Assembly (NCBI GenBank): GCA_951406725.2
Contig: OX597818.1
Span: forward strand, 15,438,001 to 15,502,000
Length of the DNA: 64,000 nt
Direction: 5' to 3'
Origin: Octopus vulgaris
Lineage: Eukaryota
Shown here: positions 41,770-54,975 of the stretch, in pieces
Numbering within the stretch: position 1 is the stretch's first letter
How the letters are laid out: every line of letters starts with the position of its first letter
Position numbers and translations under genes: made by a program
Notes under the pieces: model-generated
Databases searched by the model: none
The model's input: only the letters and a program-made list of their open reading frames with translations
Told to the model about the DNA's origin: nothing

Positions 41770-42390
41770 TCAGTTATTGTTGAGAATACAAATTTCATTC
41801 CCTACCAGCACACATACAAACAAACAACAGGCCTACCCATGGAATCCAGGCTTTCAGGCCTTCTAGCCATCACCTACATTAATGTCGAGTGCTCAACAAC
41901 TGCCACTCCTGTGTTTTCTTCACCCAACACATAGATGACATTCTCATCCTCACATCATCCTGTGAAGAGGCTGACAAAATATCTACAACATTTTCAAATG
42001 TAGAAAACAACATACAATTTACCACAGAACACCCCGATAAAACTGGTTCCTTGTCTCTGCTAGACTTCCAGCTTAGAATAACAGATGAAGGTATTATATA
42101 CACCAACTCCTATAAGAAAGCTGCCAGCAGAGACGTGTTTGTGCATTATAGATCAGCCCTACCCCTTGTTGCTAAAACTGGACACATAAGAAGTGAATTT
42201 ACATATATTAGGAATAACTGTAGCAAGACAGAGGACCAGATCACTCACACTGCACACTTAATGGATGTACTGAAGATGAACAGATACCCAACATCCGCAA
42301 TGAATCGATTTAAGGATCAAAGGAGCCACAGACACAAGACCTCCTCTAACAATTGCTTCATGAAATTACCACATTTCAGTGAAAGCATAG
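41770..42390 (+). mobile_element. Penelope-like RT fragment
   Basis: YKQTTGLPMESRLSGLLA, HIDDILIL, IQFTTEHP...LSLLD, YKKA...VFVHYRSALP. Confidence 0.82.
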
Positions 42391-42394
42391 GAAA

Positions 42395-43750
42395 AATTTC
42401 TTTAGACTTTTCAATAATTTCAGACAAGCATTACTATGGGTAAAGATTATCATAGAATGAATTTTCTTGATGTTACCTTTGGTCTTAATATTGGATTATT
42501 GGAACCGTTTTATAAATCAAATGATCATATTAGGTACATTAATGTAGCATCCAACTAGTTAAGAAAATTTCTACAAGAATTTCTGGATTATCCACTAACA
42601 AAAAAATGTTTGAATCACATGCTTTCACTGAAATGTGGTAATTTCATGAAGCAGGTGTTAGAGGAGGTCTTACATTTGTAATGCTGCTCTAGCTAGGGCT
42701 GGGTGCCATAAAAAAAATTCAATATATACAAGAAGCAGGCGTATACAACACTGGTACTTCCTCCAATTGTAATACACATTGTACACCATCATACTGTCAT
42801 GGTTTGGGAACTCACTCAGATAAAGAATGCAGGCTAGGAAGAAATGATCATATCAATGAACTACCAATGAAAACTCATAGACACATGTGATATAATAATC
42901 CTGTACAACACACTCTATCAAATAAGCCTAACAACAGATATAGGAATCAGGATGTCCCCTGGTTCAACCCAGTTTTCGGTTCGCATGTTTCAACCAAGAC
43001 CACTGGAAAATTTTTTGCTGCTTTGGACTGGTGTTTTCCTAAATCTAATCAGTTTCATGCTATTTTTAATTGACACCCTGTGAAGGTGTCCTATGCCAAC
43101 TCTGCTGATTTAGAGCAGTTTATGCATCGCATAAAACATAGCAAAATGCAGCAAAGGTTCAATAATACACCTATTGGATCTAGCAAACATATGCATCTAA
43201 ATACCAACCAAGGAGATATAAGGTGCAATGATAAACCCCAATTATGATCAAATTGTAGTAGTAGAAATACTTATGATACAGCTAACACAGTAACAACATT
43301 GGTAAATGGAGTCAAGACTGCCTTATATACAAATAAATATAATAAATGCTCATGCAGAGAAAAATCAAAATGTCCTTTGATGAATCTCTGTATGAGTACA
43401 AATCATGTATATAAATGTACCATGCACATAAGGGGAAGGTATTATGTTTACATTGGGCAGATGGCTGATTCATTTAAGAATCATTACCATAACCATGTTG
43501 CCAGCTTTAAGACAATCAATAAGAGACATTAAACATCTTTGGCAGATTTTGTATGGCGACTGAAGGAGGATAAAATGTAGTACAGTATAAGTAGGTCAAT
43601 TGTAAGGCACACGAAACCATACAATATAATTTCCAGGAGATGCCATCTCTGCTCCTAGGAATCTCTGTCTATTCTGTGGACTAACAAGAAACTCATTAAT
43701 AAAATTTCTGAACAACTCTCAAGATGCCTATACACATATAAATGTACTTC
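42395..43750 (+). mobile_element. Penelope-like (Neptune-type) fragment; more decayed relative at about 39150-39960
   Basis: NFLDVTF, WFNPVF, CSCREKSKCPLMNLC, VYKC...YVYIGQ...FKNHYHNHVASF; WNNPPFS at about 39290. Confidence 0.8.
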
Positions 43751-43762
43751 CGCACAATGCAA

Positions 43763-44160
43763 TGGGAGTGGCTGTGTGGTAAGTAGCTTGCTAACCAACA
43801 ACATGGTTCCAGGTTCAGTCCCACTGCGTGGCATCTTGGGCAAGTGTCTTCTGCTATAGCCCCAGGCCGACCAATGCCTTGTGAGTGGATTTGGTAGACA
43901 GAAACTGAAAGAAGCCTGTCGTATATATGTATATATATATATGTATGTGTGTGTGTGTTTGTGTGTCTGTGTTTGTCCCCCTAGCATTGCTTGACAACCG
44001 ATGCTGGTGTGTTTATGTCCCCGTCACTTAGCGGTTCAGCAAAAGAGACCGACAGAATAAGTACTGGGCTTACAAAGAATAAGTCCCAGGTCGATTTGCT
44101 CAACTAAAAGCGGTGCTCCAGCATGGCCGCAGTCAAATGACTGAAACAAGTAAAAGAGTA
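43763..44160 (+). mobile_element. tRNA-derived CORE-like SINE with internal (TG)n; copies at about 6332, 12285 (interrupted), 20180, 20550, 24958, 31910, 35385 and 48680
   Basis: A box gtggctgtgtggt, B box ggttcagtccc, cttgggcaagtgtctt core, tail ggtgctccagcatggccgcagtcaaatgactgaaac. Confidence 0.88.
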
Positions 44161-44685
44161 ACCATTAACATAATTTAATTTACTTTAAGGTATGGATGAC
44201 TTCAGTTTACTTTTAACCTCCCCATCTACATCAAGTAGATAGTTAACTCACTTCGTTATCATGAGTGCACCAAACTTCACGTGCACATATGCTCACATTT
44301 TTGTGGATGCTTGTGCACCATGCAGCTTGCCCAAGGGCATTTATACATCCATATTTGTTAACGGTTATTTTTAATACTTTTCTAGTTGGATTGCATGTTC
44401 ATTTCTCTTTTTTCCATCTGTGACTTTATTTTTGATCTTCTATAAATGAAAATATTTCCTGTCTGGCTGCTTTCCTTTCTACAAAGTGAGAAGTTACATT
44501 GCAGAACCATTATTTTAATGAGTTGTATTCATTTATCACCCAATGCGATACATCTGCACTGCCGGATACTCCTGAACCAGTTGTTGAGTATCCCACCCAT
44601 GAGGGATTGATGCTAGATGTGTTGAAGCTATCGTCATGATTAATAATAAATTCTCATATATTCCATCTTCCATTTTTCATTTACC

Positions 44686-44857
<172 letters not shown>

Positions 44858-44920
44858 GAAGAAGAAAATGGAGATTGTGAAGTTAATAAGAGTTTATTAT
44901 CAACAACAACACAATCATTA

Positions 44921-45005
44921 TCTCTTACAGCTGTTTCAGTTATACACAGTAGTGAAGGAATTAAATATCAAGTTCATATTTCTGAGCATAATCTCTTCAG
45001 AGGAA
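44921..45005 (-). ncRNA. Penelope-type hammerhead ribozyme motif
   Basis: CUGAAGA, stem II (uuaugc/guauaa, long loop), GAAAC AGCU GUA; palindromic ACAGCUGU stem III. Confidence 0.6.
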
Positions 45006-45113
45006 AAAAATTTGTATGTTTGTTTATAGATTCATTACTGCAGACTATATATATATATATAAGAAATATTGAATTTCTAAATCTCTCGTAGAGACATGTA
45101 CGGTGGTGGGGCG

Positions 45114-45422
45114 ATAGAATGGTTGTATACTGTCAATCTAACAAGAACGTGACAGTAGGGGTACACCACCGTTGTATAGCCCTAGGAGGCATCAAATGCC
45201 TCCTGACAGCTTCGACACATTTTTTTCCTGAAACACGGTGTCCCTAGATGCAGTTCCGATGGCCGGGGGTGTTTGTCTCCCCTTCGTATATGTATATAAG
45301 GACACGGGAAAAAAATGTGTCGAAGCTGTCAGGAGGCGTTCGATGCCTCCTAGGGCTATACAACGGTGGTGTACCCCCTACTGTCATGTTCTTGTTAGAT
45401 TGACAGTATACAACCATTCTAT
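45114..45422. repeat. Fold-back: inverted arms of about 116 bp
   Basis: 45114-45230 versus 45305-45422. Confidence 0.95.
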
Positions 45423-45529
45423 ATATATATATGCATATATAGATATATAAATGTGTGTGTGTGTGTGTGTGCATGTCTCTCTCTCTCTCTATTAATCCAG
45501 TGCATGGTAGCATGATAAATAATACTTAC

Positions 45530-45812
45530 ACTATTCCATTAATACCAACTTCAATATTAGCCACATTTGAAGTTGAAGTACTTCTCTTCTTGCGAATTAT
45601 ATCTTGAGAATCTATAGCACATGCTTTGCCATTAATTGTTACAACTAACTTACAATCTCCTGTAGGACAAGAGACATCTGTGCGGTTCTCAAGAACTTCT
45701 TTCAAGCTTGCTTTTATCAGTTTACAGATGCTTGAAAACTGGCTGTCATCATATGGCTGTTTAAATTCAATGGAAAATTCCAGAGTAATGTTTTTCAAAC
45801 TTTTACTAGTAG
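45530..45812 (-). CDS. Host gene exon D: linker domain with furin-type RKKR site
   Basis: tttttag| ... |gtaagt; overlaps ORF 45526..45798; ATSKSLKNITLEFSIEF...DIIRKKRSTSTSNVANIEVGINGI; phase 1-2. Confidence 0.85.
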
Positions 45813-46699
45813 CTAAAAAATGAAAAGAGAAATAGAAAATTGTCAGAAATAGTTAAGATTGTTATCATTAATAATTTTATCTGATGCATGGATGAAAATA
45901 AGCATATTTTATAACACATTGGAAGTGTTGCTGTATTGTGATAATCATTAACATTTCAGCATTTAAACTAGTTATATATGGCCCAAATATTCTACCTGCT
46001 TTGTGTTCAGACCAACTGCATCTGAACTTTCACACCTACCCTGCAATGTTCTTCCAAAAATAAACAAATGCATCATCAAAATCTCAAAGTTATGAGTTTA
46101 TGCTTGATTAGTTGAAAAGAATGTGAATAAATAAACATTACATTTGACAGAATAACCAGAATGCTAAAGGGTTAAATAAGTCTCTTTCCTTCTATGGACA
46201 GAATAAAATGGATCTAACTGACCAAGTTCCATATCTTTGATTCTCAATGATAGAACACCATTTAATCTGTCCATGTAGATACACTGCCAATAATATATAA
46301 TCATTAAATGTATAGATTGAATCTATATCTGAAAATTTACAAATGGGAGATATTCTACATGTTTATATAAGTATATACAGATATATTATGAATTAAATAC
46401 ATTAATATTAGTATTAATATTTATATTCATAAAATGTAATTCTTATATTGTATTGAAACATGTGTGACACAGAATTAAAATGGTACCACATATTCCAGTT
46501 TTTGTATTAATAATCATTAAAAATAACAAGTTTGCTCAGCAAGTAGTTTGATTTATATAAATAGTACTTTGTTGATGATTTTATTCATGTTGATTAATCT
46601 TGCACAAAACTATATTTAGTACCATTCATGTACTTTTTCAGTTTTCTGTTTAGTTTTTTTTTTCGAATGCTGAATCTTGTGTCTGGAGACAAGTAGCAC

Positions 46700-47640
46700 A
46701 CACAGTCTTTGTCAATCCTCTAAGACTAGTAAGATTCATGCTATCAATGTTTCTCTTCATCCATTGAAAATCAATGCTGGCATTAAAGATATGAGCAAAG
46801 TGGAAGTTCCAGATGGTTGACATTCTGGGGAAGAAGGACTAGGTGTAAAATGCTAGTGTGGAGCCTGAGTGGATTAGACACTATAAGAGTGACAAGAGAA
46901 GGAAAGATGAATTGACCAGAAATACCTAAGAGATGGTGGTATGACCCTAAGTACTTCCAAAGAAGAGAAGTTATTATAGTGGTAGGGCAGAAGACAGAGA
47001 GAAAAAATAGTGTGCCTATCAGCAAGAGTTTGGAATATGCCTATGAGTAAATTTGTGTCTCTCAATTTGGCTGGTACGTTTTTGGATGTGGTAGAAAATG
47101 TGTGTCCATTTTAGATATGGAACAATACTCCATTGAGAGCATCACCAGAGATTTGTAAAATATCAATAATTGTTAGAAGTTTATATATCTTCAGGTCCTG
47201 AAAGAAGAGCTACTTGTTGACATGTGATCCTACCTGAATATAAGTATGTATTTTTATCAGAACAGCTCTTTGATTGTAGTGAGAGCTAAAATTTAGAATA
47301 ATTGTGTGCGCTCTACCTGAATTGCTGCTTATATTCAAAGCAAGGTGTTTTCTTGATATTTTCTTCATATGAATATTTGTAGGGTTTTTTCCTCTTCAAA
47401 GAAATAAGTTTGGTCTTTTCCTCATATGAGAATGCTTTCAATATCTTCATTTATAGGGTTGTTATAGATTTGGTGAATGGAGTCTAGGTTGCAAGCAGAT
47501 GATACTTTGTTGGGGAAGGTGAAGGGAGAACAAAAGGTTGCATCACCAATGTAAGAGTGGGTGATCATTCGTGCATGGAAAGAGAAGAGTTGGGGACAGA
47601 ATTGAACCCTGGTGCACATGGGAATCAATAAAGTAAAGAA
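46700..47640 (-). mobile_element. Highly degenerate CR1/L2-type RT fragment
   Basis: Remnants such as ITHSYIGDATF (a YADD equivalent) followed by C-terminal LINE-like sequence. Confidence 0.5.
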
Positions 47641-49115
47641 CAGAAAGAGCTCTTTCAACCCCCAATGCAACACTGAGACTCTAGCTTTGTGTTCTTGAGC
47701 AAGACACTTCATTTCACATTGTTCCAGTCCACTCAGCTGGCAAAAATTAGTATTAAAATAAAAGCAGGATGGTGAGTGACTGAAATGGTAGAGTGGTGGA
47801 TTAAATGCCTTGTGGTATTTAACAACATGCCTTTCCATCTGAATTCAAACCCTGCCAGGATTTTTCTGAGCTTGATAATATAAATATTAGTCAAGTTTTG
47901 AGGTTGATATCTATAACTGACTGCTCTCTCCCCACCCATCCTTCATCCTCCTAAAAATTGTGGCCATATGCAAATATTAGAAATTATTATATCAAATATT
48001 GGAAATAATTAATTACTTTCACAGTCAATTGAATCACTAGCGAGTACTAGAAAAGAATATACTTTGCTAAGGAAGCCTAACACAATTGAAACATTACCAA
48101 AGTTGCACTGTGTAGTAGTGCATAGCTAAGTGGTTAGGATGTTGGACTCATGATCATAAGATTGTGGTTTCAATTCCCAGACCAGGCAACACAATATGTT
48201 CTTGAGCAAGACACTTCATTTCACATTGTTCCAGTCCACTCAGCTGGCAAAAATAAGTAATCCTGTGATGAACTGGTGTCTTGTCTTGTCCATGTGGGGA
48301 ATTTATATGCCATGGAAAACAGGAAACCAGCTTAGGAGTTGGCATGACACCGGGATGTAACTTTATCTTTACCTAAAGTTGCACTGTGCACACCAAAGAT
48401 GAGATGAAATTAACATTAGTCCTTTAGCTAATGCTTTATCTCCTCACAGCATGCATGATTCGTATTTTAGTTAAACCTTTTGATACCAATCCACCTGAGA
48501 CTGCTTTTGGTTTGGTTTTATGATACAAACGTTTTGTTTTAAATGACTTACATCAAAATTATATTTCAATTTATGTCCCAAACACCAACTTAATAATGAT
48601 AAGGTTATTTTATTACATTCTTCATTATTTTTTAAAGGAATGAAATTAAGGCAAAATATTTCAGCAGAAATAAATGGCTGCAAAATTACCAGCCTGCCAG
48701 AGTAATCCCATATTCCCTCTCTCTCTTTCGGAGAGGCACTGAGCAGCTATACGCACACATACACACACGGCAGTAACTTCCACCTACCGAATTCAATCAC
48801 AAAGCTCCGGTCGGCTCGGGGCTATAGTGGAAGACACCTACCCAAAGTGCCACGCAGTGGGACTGAACCCGAAACCATGTAGCTAGGGAGCAAGCTCCCT
48901 AACCACACAGCCATGCCCGCATATTTTAATTAGAATTTCTGTTAAAAATTTAAAGAATTAGATCATGACATTTCAGTGAGCCTGCTTTAGCATAATATAT
49001 GCAGCAGTATATATATGAAGTTAGATATTTTACCACCTCTTCTGAGTCTTGATTATATTGCAAACTAATTGAAACACACAATCAGTTTACCCATTAGAAA
49101 CTTATTAGAAATAAT

Positions 49116-49456
49116 CTATCTATCCACTCAGTCGAAGTCGACTCTTGGTTACTCAATGGATCAGTGTTCTCCAGCCAGTTCTATCCTGGGTCACTTCTTT
49201 CAGATTGGCTATGTCCATTCCTGTGTCACTCTTGATGGTGTCAAGCCAGCAGGTTCCTGGTGAGCCTCTTCCTCTCTTGCCACTGACAATTCCAAGCATG
49301 ATGTCCTTCTCCATGGATTTTCTCCGCATAATATGACCAAAATATGTCAATCTATGCTTGGTGATCCTATATTCTAGCGACAGTTTTGGATTGATCTGGT
49401 TAAGAACTTCTCCATTGGTGAGCCTCGCTGTCCATGGAATCCATAAATGAAAGGGG
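49116..49456 (-). mobile_element. BovB-type RTE 3' fragment (second RTE family)
   Basis: TYFGHIMRRKSMEKDIMLGIVSGKRGRG...WLDTIK; flanked by direct repeat attagaaataat (possible TSD). Confidence 0.8.
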
Positions 49457-49542
49457 ATTAGAAATAATAGAAAGGGTTAAATCTTTGGACTGATTACTTT
49501 TTATCCTTGACCAATTGATTATCTGGGTCTGTTATCACTCTT

Positions 49543-49610
<68 letters not shown>

Positions 49611-49759
49611 ACCTCAGATATAATTTTAATTAATTTCAGTATAAATATATTGTAACTGTAAGAAGGTTTGAACCCAAAGCAACAGTATCTATATTCTGTC
49701 ACAAGTATCCTAACAAGTGTCACAAGTATCAAAAATACAATAAAAGTATCTCAGCTCAC

Positions 49760-49963
49760 CTGAACAAGGTGGATATTTGAAAGGAACTGACTGGTTATGC
49801 TTGCCCCACATGTGATAAGGACCACAGGCATAAAAACTGGGTCCAAGTAATACTAATTTATGACTAGCATCATTACATTTTGGCTTACACAGCAGTGAAT
49901 CATTTTCTGTCCAACAATGTTGCGTGCCTTCAAATGGATCACTTGGTTTTTTACATTCAAATT
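49760..49963 (-). CDS. Host gene exon C: sushi/CCP-like domain
   Basis: caacag| ... |gtgagc; QFECKKPSDPFEGTQHCWTENDSLLCKPKCNDASHKLVLLGPSFYACGPYHMWGKHNQSVPFKYPPCS; 204 bp, phase 1-1. Confidence 0.88.
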
Positions 49964-50238
49964 CTGTTGAATAAAGTAAAAATTAAAATATTGTGCATCA
50001 GCTAAATATGAAGAAGAACAAGATTTTGAAATAAAGAATATGCAAATACAAACCTTTTAAATGATAATGAAGTTTAATGTGAGAAAACATTTATTTATTT
50101 TGCTTTATTTTTGTATTAGGTTTGCAATATTCTTGATGTGAATTCATGTGTTGAAATAAATCCTGATGTCTTGGGAGGGTCATTACATCAATAATAACAA
50201 CACACACACTGATGCAATGCCACCTCTTTATTCATATA

Positions 50239-50494
50239 CTAGCAGTATCGCCCGGCGTTGCTCAGGTTTGTAAGGGAAATAACTATAAAGCATTTTTAGA
50301 GAGTTATAGCCAAAAAATAGCAAAAAGATGGAAAAAAATGATGGTAAATTTTGTTTTTAGTTAAAAAAGGTGGAGTTGCGTCCCCTAGACAGTTTGCGGT
50401 TTGTGTTTCTGATTCTCGACCCCAAGGGTGAGGGTACGAGAAAACAGACACACAGAAACACGCACAGACAAACTGCCGTTTATATAGAGAGAGA
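50239..50494 (-). mobile_element. Non-autonomous Helitron
   Basis: 5' TC(TCTCTATATA), 3' GC-rich hairpin cctgagcaacgccggg then CTAG; inserted between A and T. Confidence 0.85.
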
Positions 50495-50797
50495 TATTTA
50501 TTACATCAAACGTAAACAAACAAGTTTGTTTTTGAAGCACTGAAATGTATTGTAATATAAGTAGAAAGATATATTTTTCAACACATAAATACTGATAGTA
50601 TCTACAGCACATATAGGATAAAATCATGGCTGGTTGCTGACAGATTTTTTTATGCTCTGTAAGGATAAAATCCTTACAGAGCATAAAAAAGGATTTTATC
50701 CTTACAGAGCATTGAAAAATATATCTTTCTACTTATAATATATTATATATGTATGTATATATACTGTGCAAAACATGTCTATATGTACTGTACTTAC

Positions 50798-50893
50798 GGT
50801 GGTTAAAAATTTTGAAAGTGCACACAGCTGATGAATTGTATTGGTCAAAACCAATGTAGATCACAGTATAGTCATCCCAATCAAAATTGGTAA
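50798..50893 (-). CDS. Host gene exon B: HYR domain, C-terminal half
   Basis: tttcag| ... |gtaagt; VTNFDWDDYTVIYIGFDQYNSSAVCTFKIFNH continues the exon A frame; phase 1-1. Confidence 0.88.
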
Positions 50894-52267
50894 CTGAAAG
50901 TATAAATAAAATGGGCTATGTTTAACAACGTTTAATGTAGTGTTTATATAGGTGGGTGATACAGAGATTGTGTGGTGGTAGGTCTAATATTCTTAGTGTT
51001 GTGGTGGTGGTAGCTGTGGTACTAGTGGTGGTAGTGGCAGTGGGTAGTTGCAGTAGTGGTAGTAATGGTATTGATGGTGACAATAGCAGCAGTAGCAATG
51101 GGGGTGTTGATCTTAATATCAGTGTTATGATGATAATGCCTGTGGTGATAATAGTGGAGATGATGGTGGTGCTGGTGCTGGTGTGGTGGAGATGCTTCAC
51201 AGTATCTATTCTATATTTCTATGTTCTGAGTTCAAATACTGGTTGCTCTCACCAAAACAGAAAAAGTAAATAAACGATATTTGTTCTGGTTCTTAATGTT
51301 TTTAATGTTCTTCGAGTTCACTTTGTTGTAAACAGTTGGGTGGTTTTGGTCTCTGGTTCAAGGATAATTTCTTCCCTTCTTTCCACCAGTCTCCAAGACC
51401 CTGCAAAAAATATAAGGCCATGGGCACTGCTCTTCCCTCTCTGACATTTTTAACTCATTTTGACGTCCACTTTTTCATTACTGTATGAGTTAGGTAAAAT
51501 TCCTTGAGACAGAATTTCTAAGGCCAGATGCCTTCCTTGTCACCAGCCTTCATCTATTTCAAGTAAGGTAATTTTTCCCATTGTCCTCCACATTTTCGTG
51601 GAAAATTAAAAATAAATTACACTACTTATATGATATTGCTGCTCATGACTCAAGAAAGAAGACGAGTATTAAAGCAAGAACGAGCACTGTGCATAGCAGA
51701 AACATCTGGCCCAGAGTCACAAAATCTGACACAACAAAACTTGTGCCATGGTATGGGAGCTTTGTCACCTACCTCAGTGAGTGGCCCTTGGCATATATAG
51801 TGTCACAGTGGAAGGGGATAAAACACCTACAAAGCTGCTTCTCCATATGATGAGACATCGATTCTTACACTGTCAGCTTACAAGTGTTTTCCCAAAATAT
51901 GTGACATTGCTGCTCATTCCTGACTATCACGGTGTCAAGATGAGACAGTCACACATTCATATACACATACACAAACACAAACACACATGTATGCACACGT
52001 GTACACGTACACACACATACACACACACACACACACAGACTTACATAAATGCAAACACACATAAATTTATACAATGGGTTTTCATAGCCAGCTTGTGTTA
52101 TTGTTAAATACACATGCTCCAATGCCAAGCATTGAGACTGATCCTGAAACCACCTGGCTAGAAGCAAACTTCTTAACCACACATACAAAAAAAAAATCTT
52201 AGTTTTCCATGAAATGTGTTATTATCAAACAGAAAATTATTAGAAGAATCATAAATATTAAACGTAC

Positions 52268-52396
52268 CTTCTGGTTTATAATTAGAAATAACTCTGTCAA
52301 CATCTTTAAACTCTGGTTTGTTCCACTTCAGAGTACTCCAGGGCTTAGATATATACAGCTTGTCAGAGGGGCATTTAATCACGGTTGGCGATGATA
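52268..52396 (-). CDS. Host gene exon A (first in window): HYR domain, N-terminal half, of an SVEP1/uninflatable-like membrane protein
   Basis: Acceptor ttctatttgcag|, donor |gtacgt; reads SSPTVIKCPSDKLYISKPWSTLKWNKPEFKDVDRVISNYKPE (HYR pattern P-x3-CP...W..P.F.D...SN); phase 1-1. Confidence 0.85.
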
Positions 52397-52519
52397 CTGC
52401 AAATAGAAGTAAGTTTTATTTTATTTTATTTATTTTTAATCTTTTGTTCTGAATGTAATGTACAAAATAGATAGAAATTGCCAAAAGCATCACATTGTAA
52501 TCATCAGTCAACTTTATTT

Positions 52520-52520
52520 G

Positions 52521-52587
<67 letters not shown>

Positions 52588-52612
52588 GTCTGTCTGTCTA
52601 TCTGTCTATCTG

Positions 52613-52676
<64 letters not shown>

Positions 52677-52677
52677 C
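52520..52677. repeat. (TCTA)n microsatellite
   Basis: Read directly. Confidence 0.97.
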
Positions 52678-53084
52678 CAGTCTGTCTGTTTATGTGTGTC
52701 TCTCTCTCTATATATATATATATTTCTTTACTACCCACAAGGGGCTACACACAGAGGGGACAAACAAGGACAGACAAATGGATTACGTCGACCCCAGTGC
52801 GTAACTGGTACTTAATTTATTGACCCCGAAAGGATGAAAGGCAAAGTTGACCTCGGCGGAATTTGAACTCAGAACGTAATGGCAGATGAAATACAGCTAC
52901 GCATTTCGCCCAGTGTGCTAATGTTTCTGCCAGCTCGATATATATCAATCACCCAATACTGTTCCTGCAACCTGAGGTGCCACCTAGATGCCACAACACC
53001 ACTGTCTATCACCTTGGAGATACCTTTAATTCATTCTCTCTCTCTCTCCCAAATGTGAAGACTCCTATACAAAAACCTCCTCTA

Positions 53085-54660
53085 TGATTTTTTATTATCC
53101 ATTAAGGACTAGACAAAGAAAACGACAACACAATCACGAATGATACAGAGCAATTTGGGGTCGATTAAAAATTTAACATGATTATATATAAACGAATGAT
53201 TAAACAACACGAGGGACGTTTTTACAAATGGAGTGGGGCGGGGATTTTTTCGGACACCATGGACTCCGCCTCATCCCTGACCTCGGTTTTTTAGCTTATC
53301 TCGCATCAACAAGGGACCTTTTATACACAACATTCTTCCATCTTTCATCGAACACTTTCTTACTCAGGCACCTCCTCTCCAGCACTATTTGTCTCTTTAG
53401 GTGAAATACGAAAAAAATTCACCAGGCCAGGACCAGAGATGAAATTGCCTGACATCAACCCTCTCATCCTTGTCTTCCATACTACCTGTTTTGCAGTTGC
53501 TACCACAGAGAGAAAACAATTCTTACATTCTTTCGTTAAGAAATCCGGCGGGTTAATTTTCACTATAGATTCAGTCGATAGCTGTGCTCTTCCTCCACTT
53601 GACAACAGTTGTTTGGCAAAAACCCACATATCTGACACCTCTGGACACTGCACAATCACGTGCGAGATGGTTTCCCTGTCCCGCCCACATCTTGGTCAGA
53701 TCAGGGTGTCCCAGCCACTATGCCTTGAGAGTTTATCCTGATCAGGTAAGGCTCCACAGTACACTGCCATGCCAAGGACTTCTGAAAATTATCCAGGGTC
53801 TTCGGCTCAAATGTACATTGGAACAGTCTGGCCAGCTGATTATCGTTGAAACCTAGGGTCTCCCATAATGTATCATTGCATCTGGCCTCTACAAACCCTC
53901 TATAGAAAACAGCGGTAGAACCACTGCCGCAGGCATTGCCCAAGCGACAAAAGAGCAGTAGTGACTTGCGGCACTCCGTGAACCACGTACCCAACTTCGA
54001 TCTATGATAAAACCAGGTTTCCCATCCACCGAAACTAGTGAACCTGGGAAACATCTGTTTCGCCATCGGAGACCACACCTGTTTTGGATTGATCCAGGTA
54101 GAGCCACAGAGCTCCTCCACAAAAAGCAGAAGAGATATATTTCCAGTTTGGTTAACCATGAATCAGGACAAGGAACAACGGCAAGGCAGTAGGTGATCAC
54201 TGATGCGATAAACACATTGGCTACCTCCGCCCTACCTTTCAGGGATAACCACCGCCAAGACCAGGTCTTGACTATGTGGGTCACCTTGCTCGATACCTCG
54301 TCCCAGTTCTTCTCTATTTGGAGGTCTGGTCTGAACCAAACCCCAAGCAACTTAATCGGACCCTCTGTCTAACGTCCCACGACGCTGTCTGGGGGCATTG
54401 ACTTGCCTCTCCAGGTGCTGAGTTGCAAGCCAACTGACTTTTCATGATCAACTTTTGCTCCTGCCACCGTCTCGTAATCCTCAATGGCCTTGTCTACTTT
54501 ATGTAGGAGGTCCACTTTAGTCACGATGATAGTGAGGTCATCTGTGTAAGCTGAAACCGACATTCCACAACCTGGTTGTCTCGGGATGCCACTCAGTTTT
54601 CGAAGCAATGGCTCAAGAGCCACTACATACAAAAGCGGGGAGAGCTCCATCCCTTGTATC
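53085..54660 (-). mobile_element. L1/Tx1-clade LINE 3' fragment (degenerate RT, zf-RVT and 3' UTR)
   Basis: QGMELSPLLYVVALEPLL...SAYTDDLT, LGVWF, WLSLKGRAEVANVF motifs spread over frameshifted ORFs. Confidence 0.88.
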
Positions 54661-54975
54661 TTAACCTCCATCTAGCATACAAAGGCAACATCTTCCTACC
54701 TTGGGTTTTGTTGACTTACAAGCTAAATGATGATTTCAATAGTGTAAAAAGCACCCAAGTACACACAGTAAAGTGATTAGCATTAGGTAAGGCATCCAGA
54801 AGACACTGGAATATGATGCAATCCTAGACTAATTGGATCCTTGCTAAACTGTTCAACCAACATCAGCATGGAATATAGATACTAAGTGATGCTGATGATG
54901 ATGATATGTATGTGTGTCTGTTTGTCTCTGTGTATGCACATATCTGTATATATATATATATATATATATATACAT

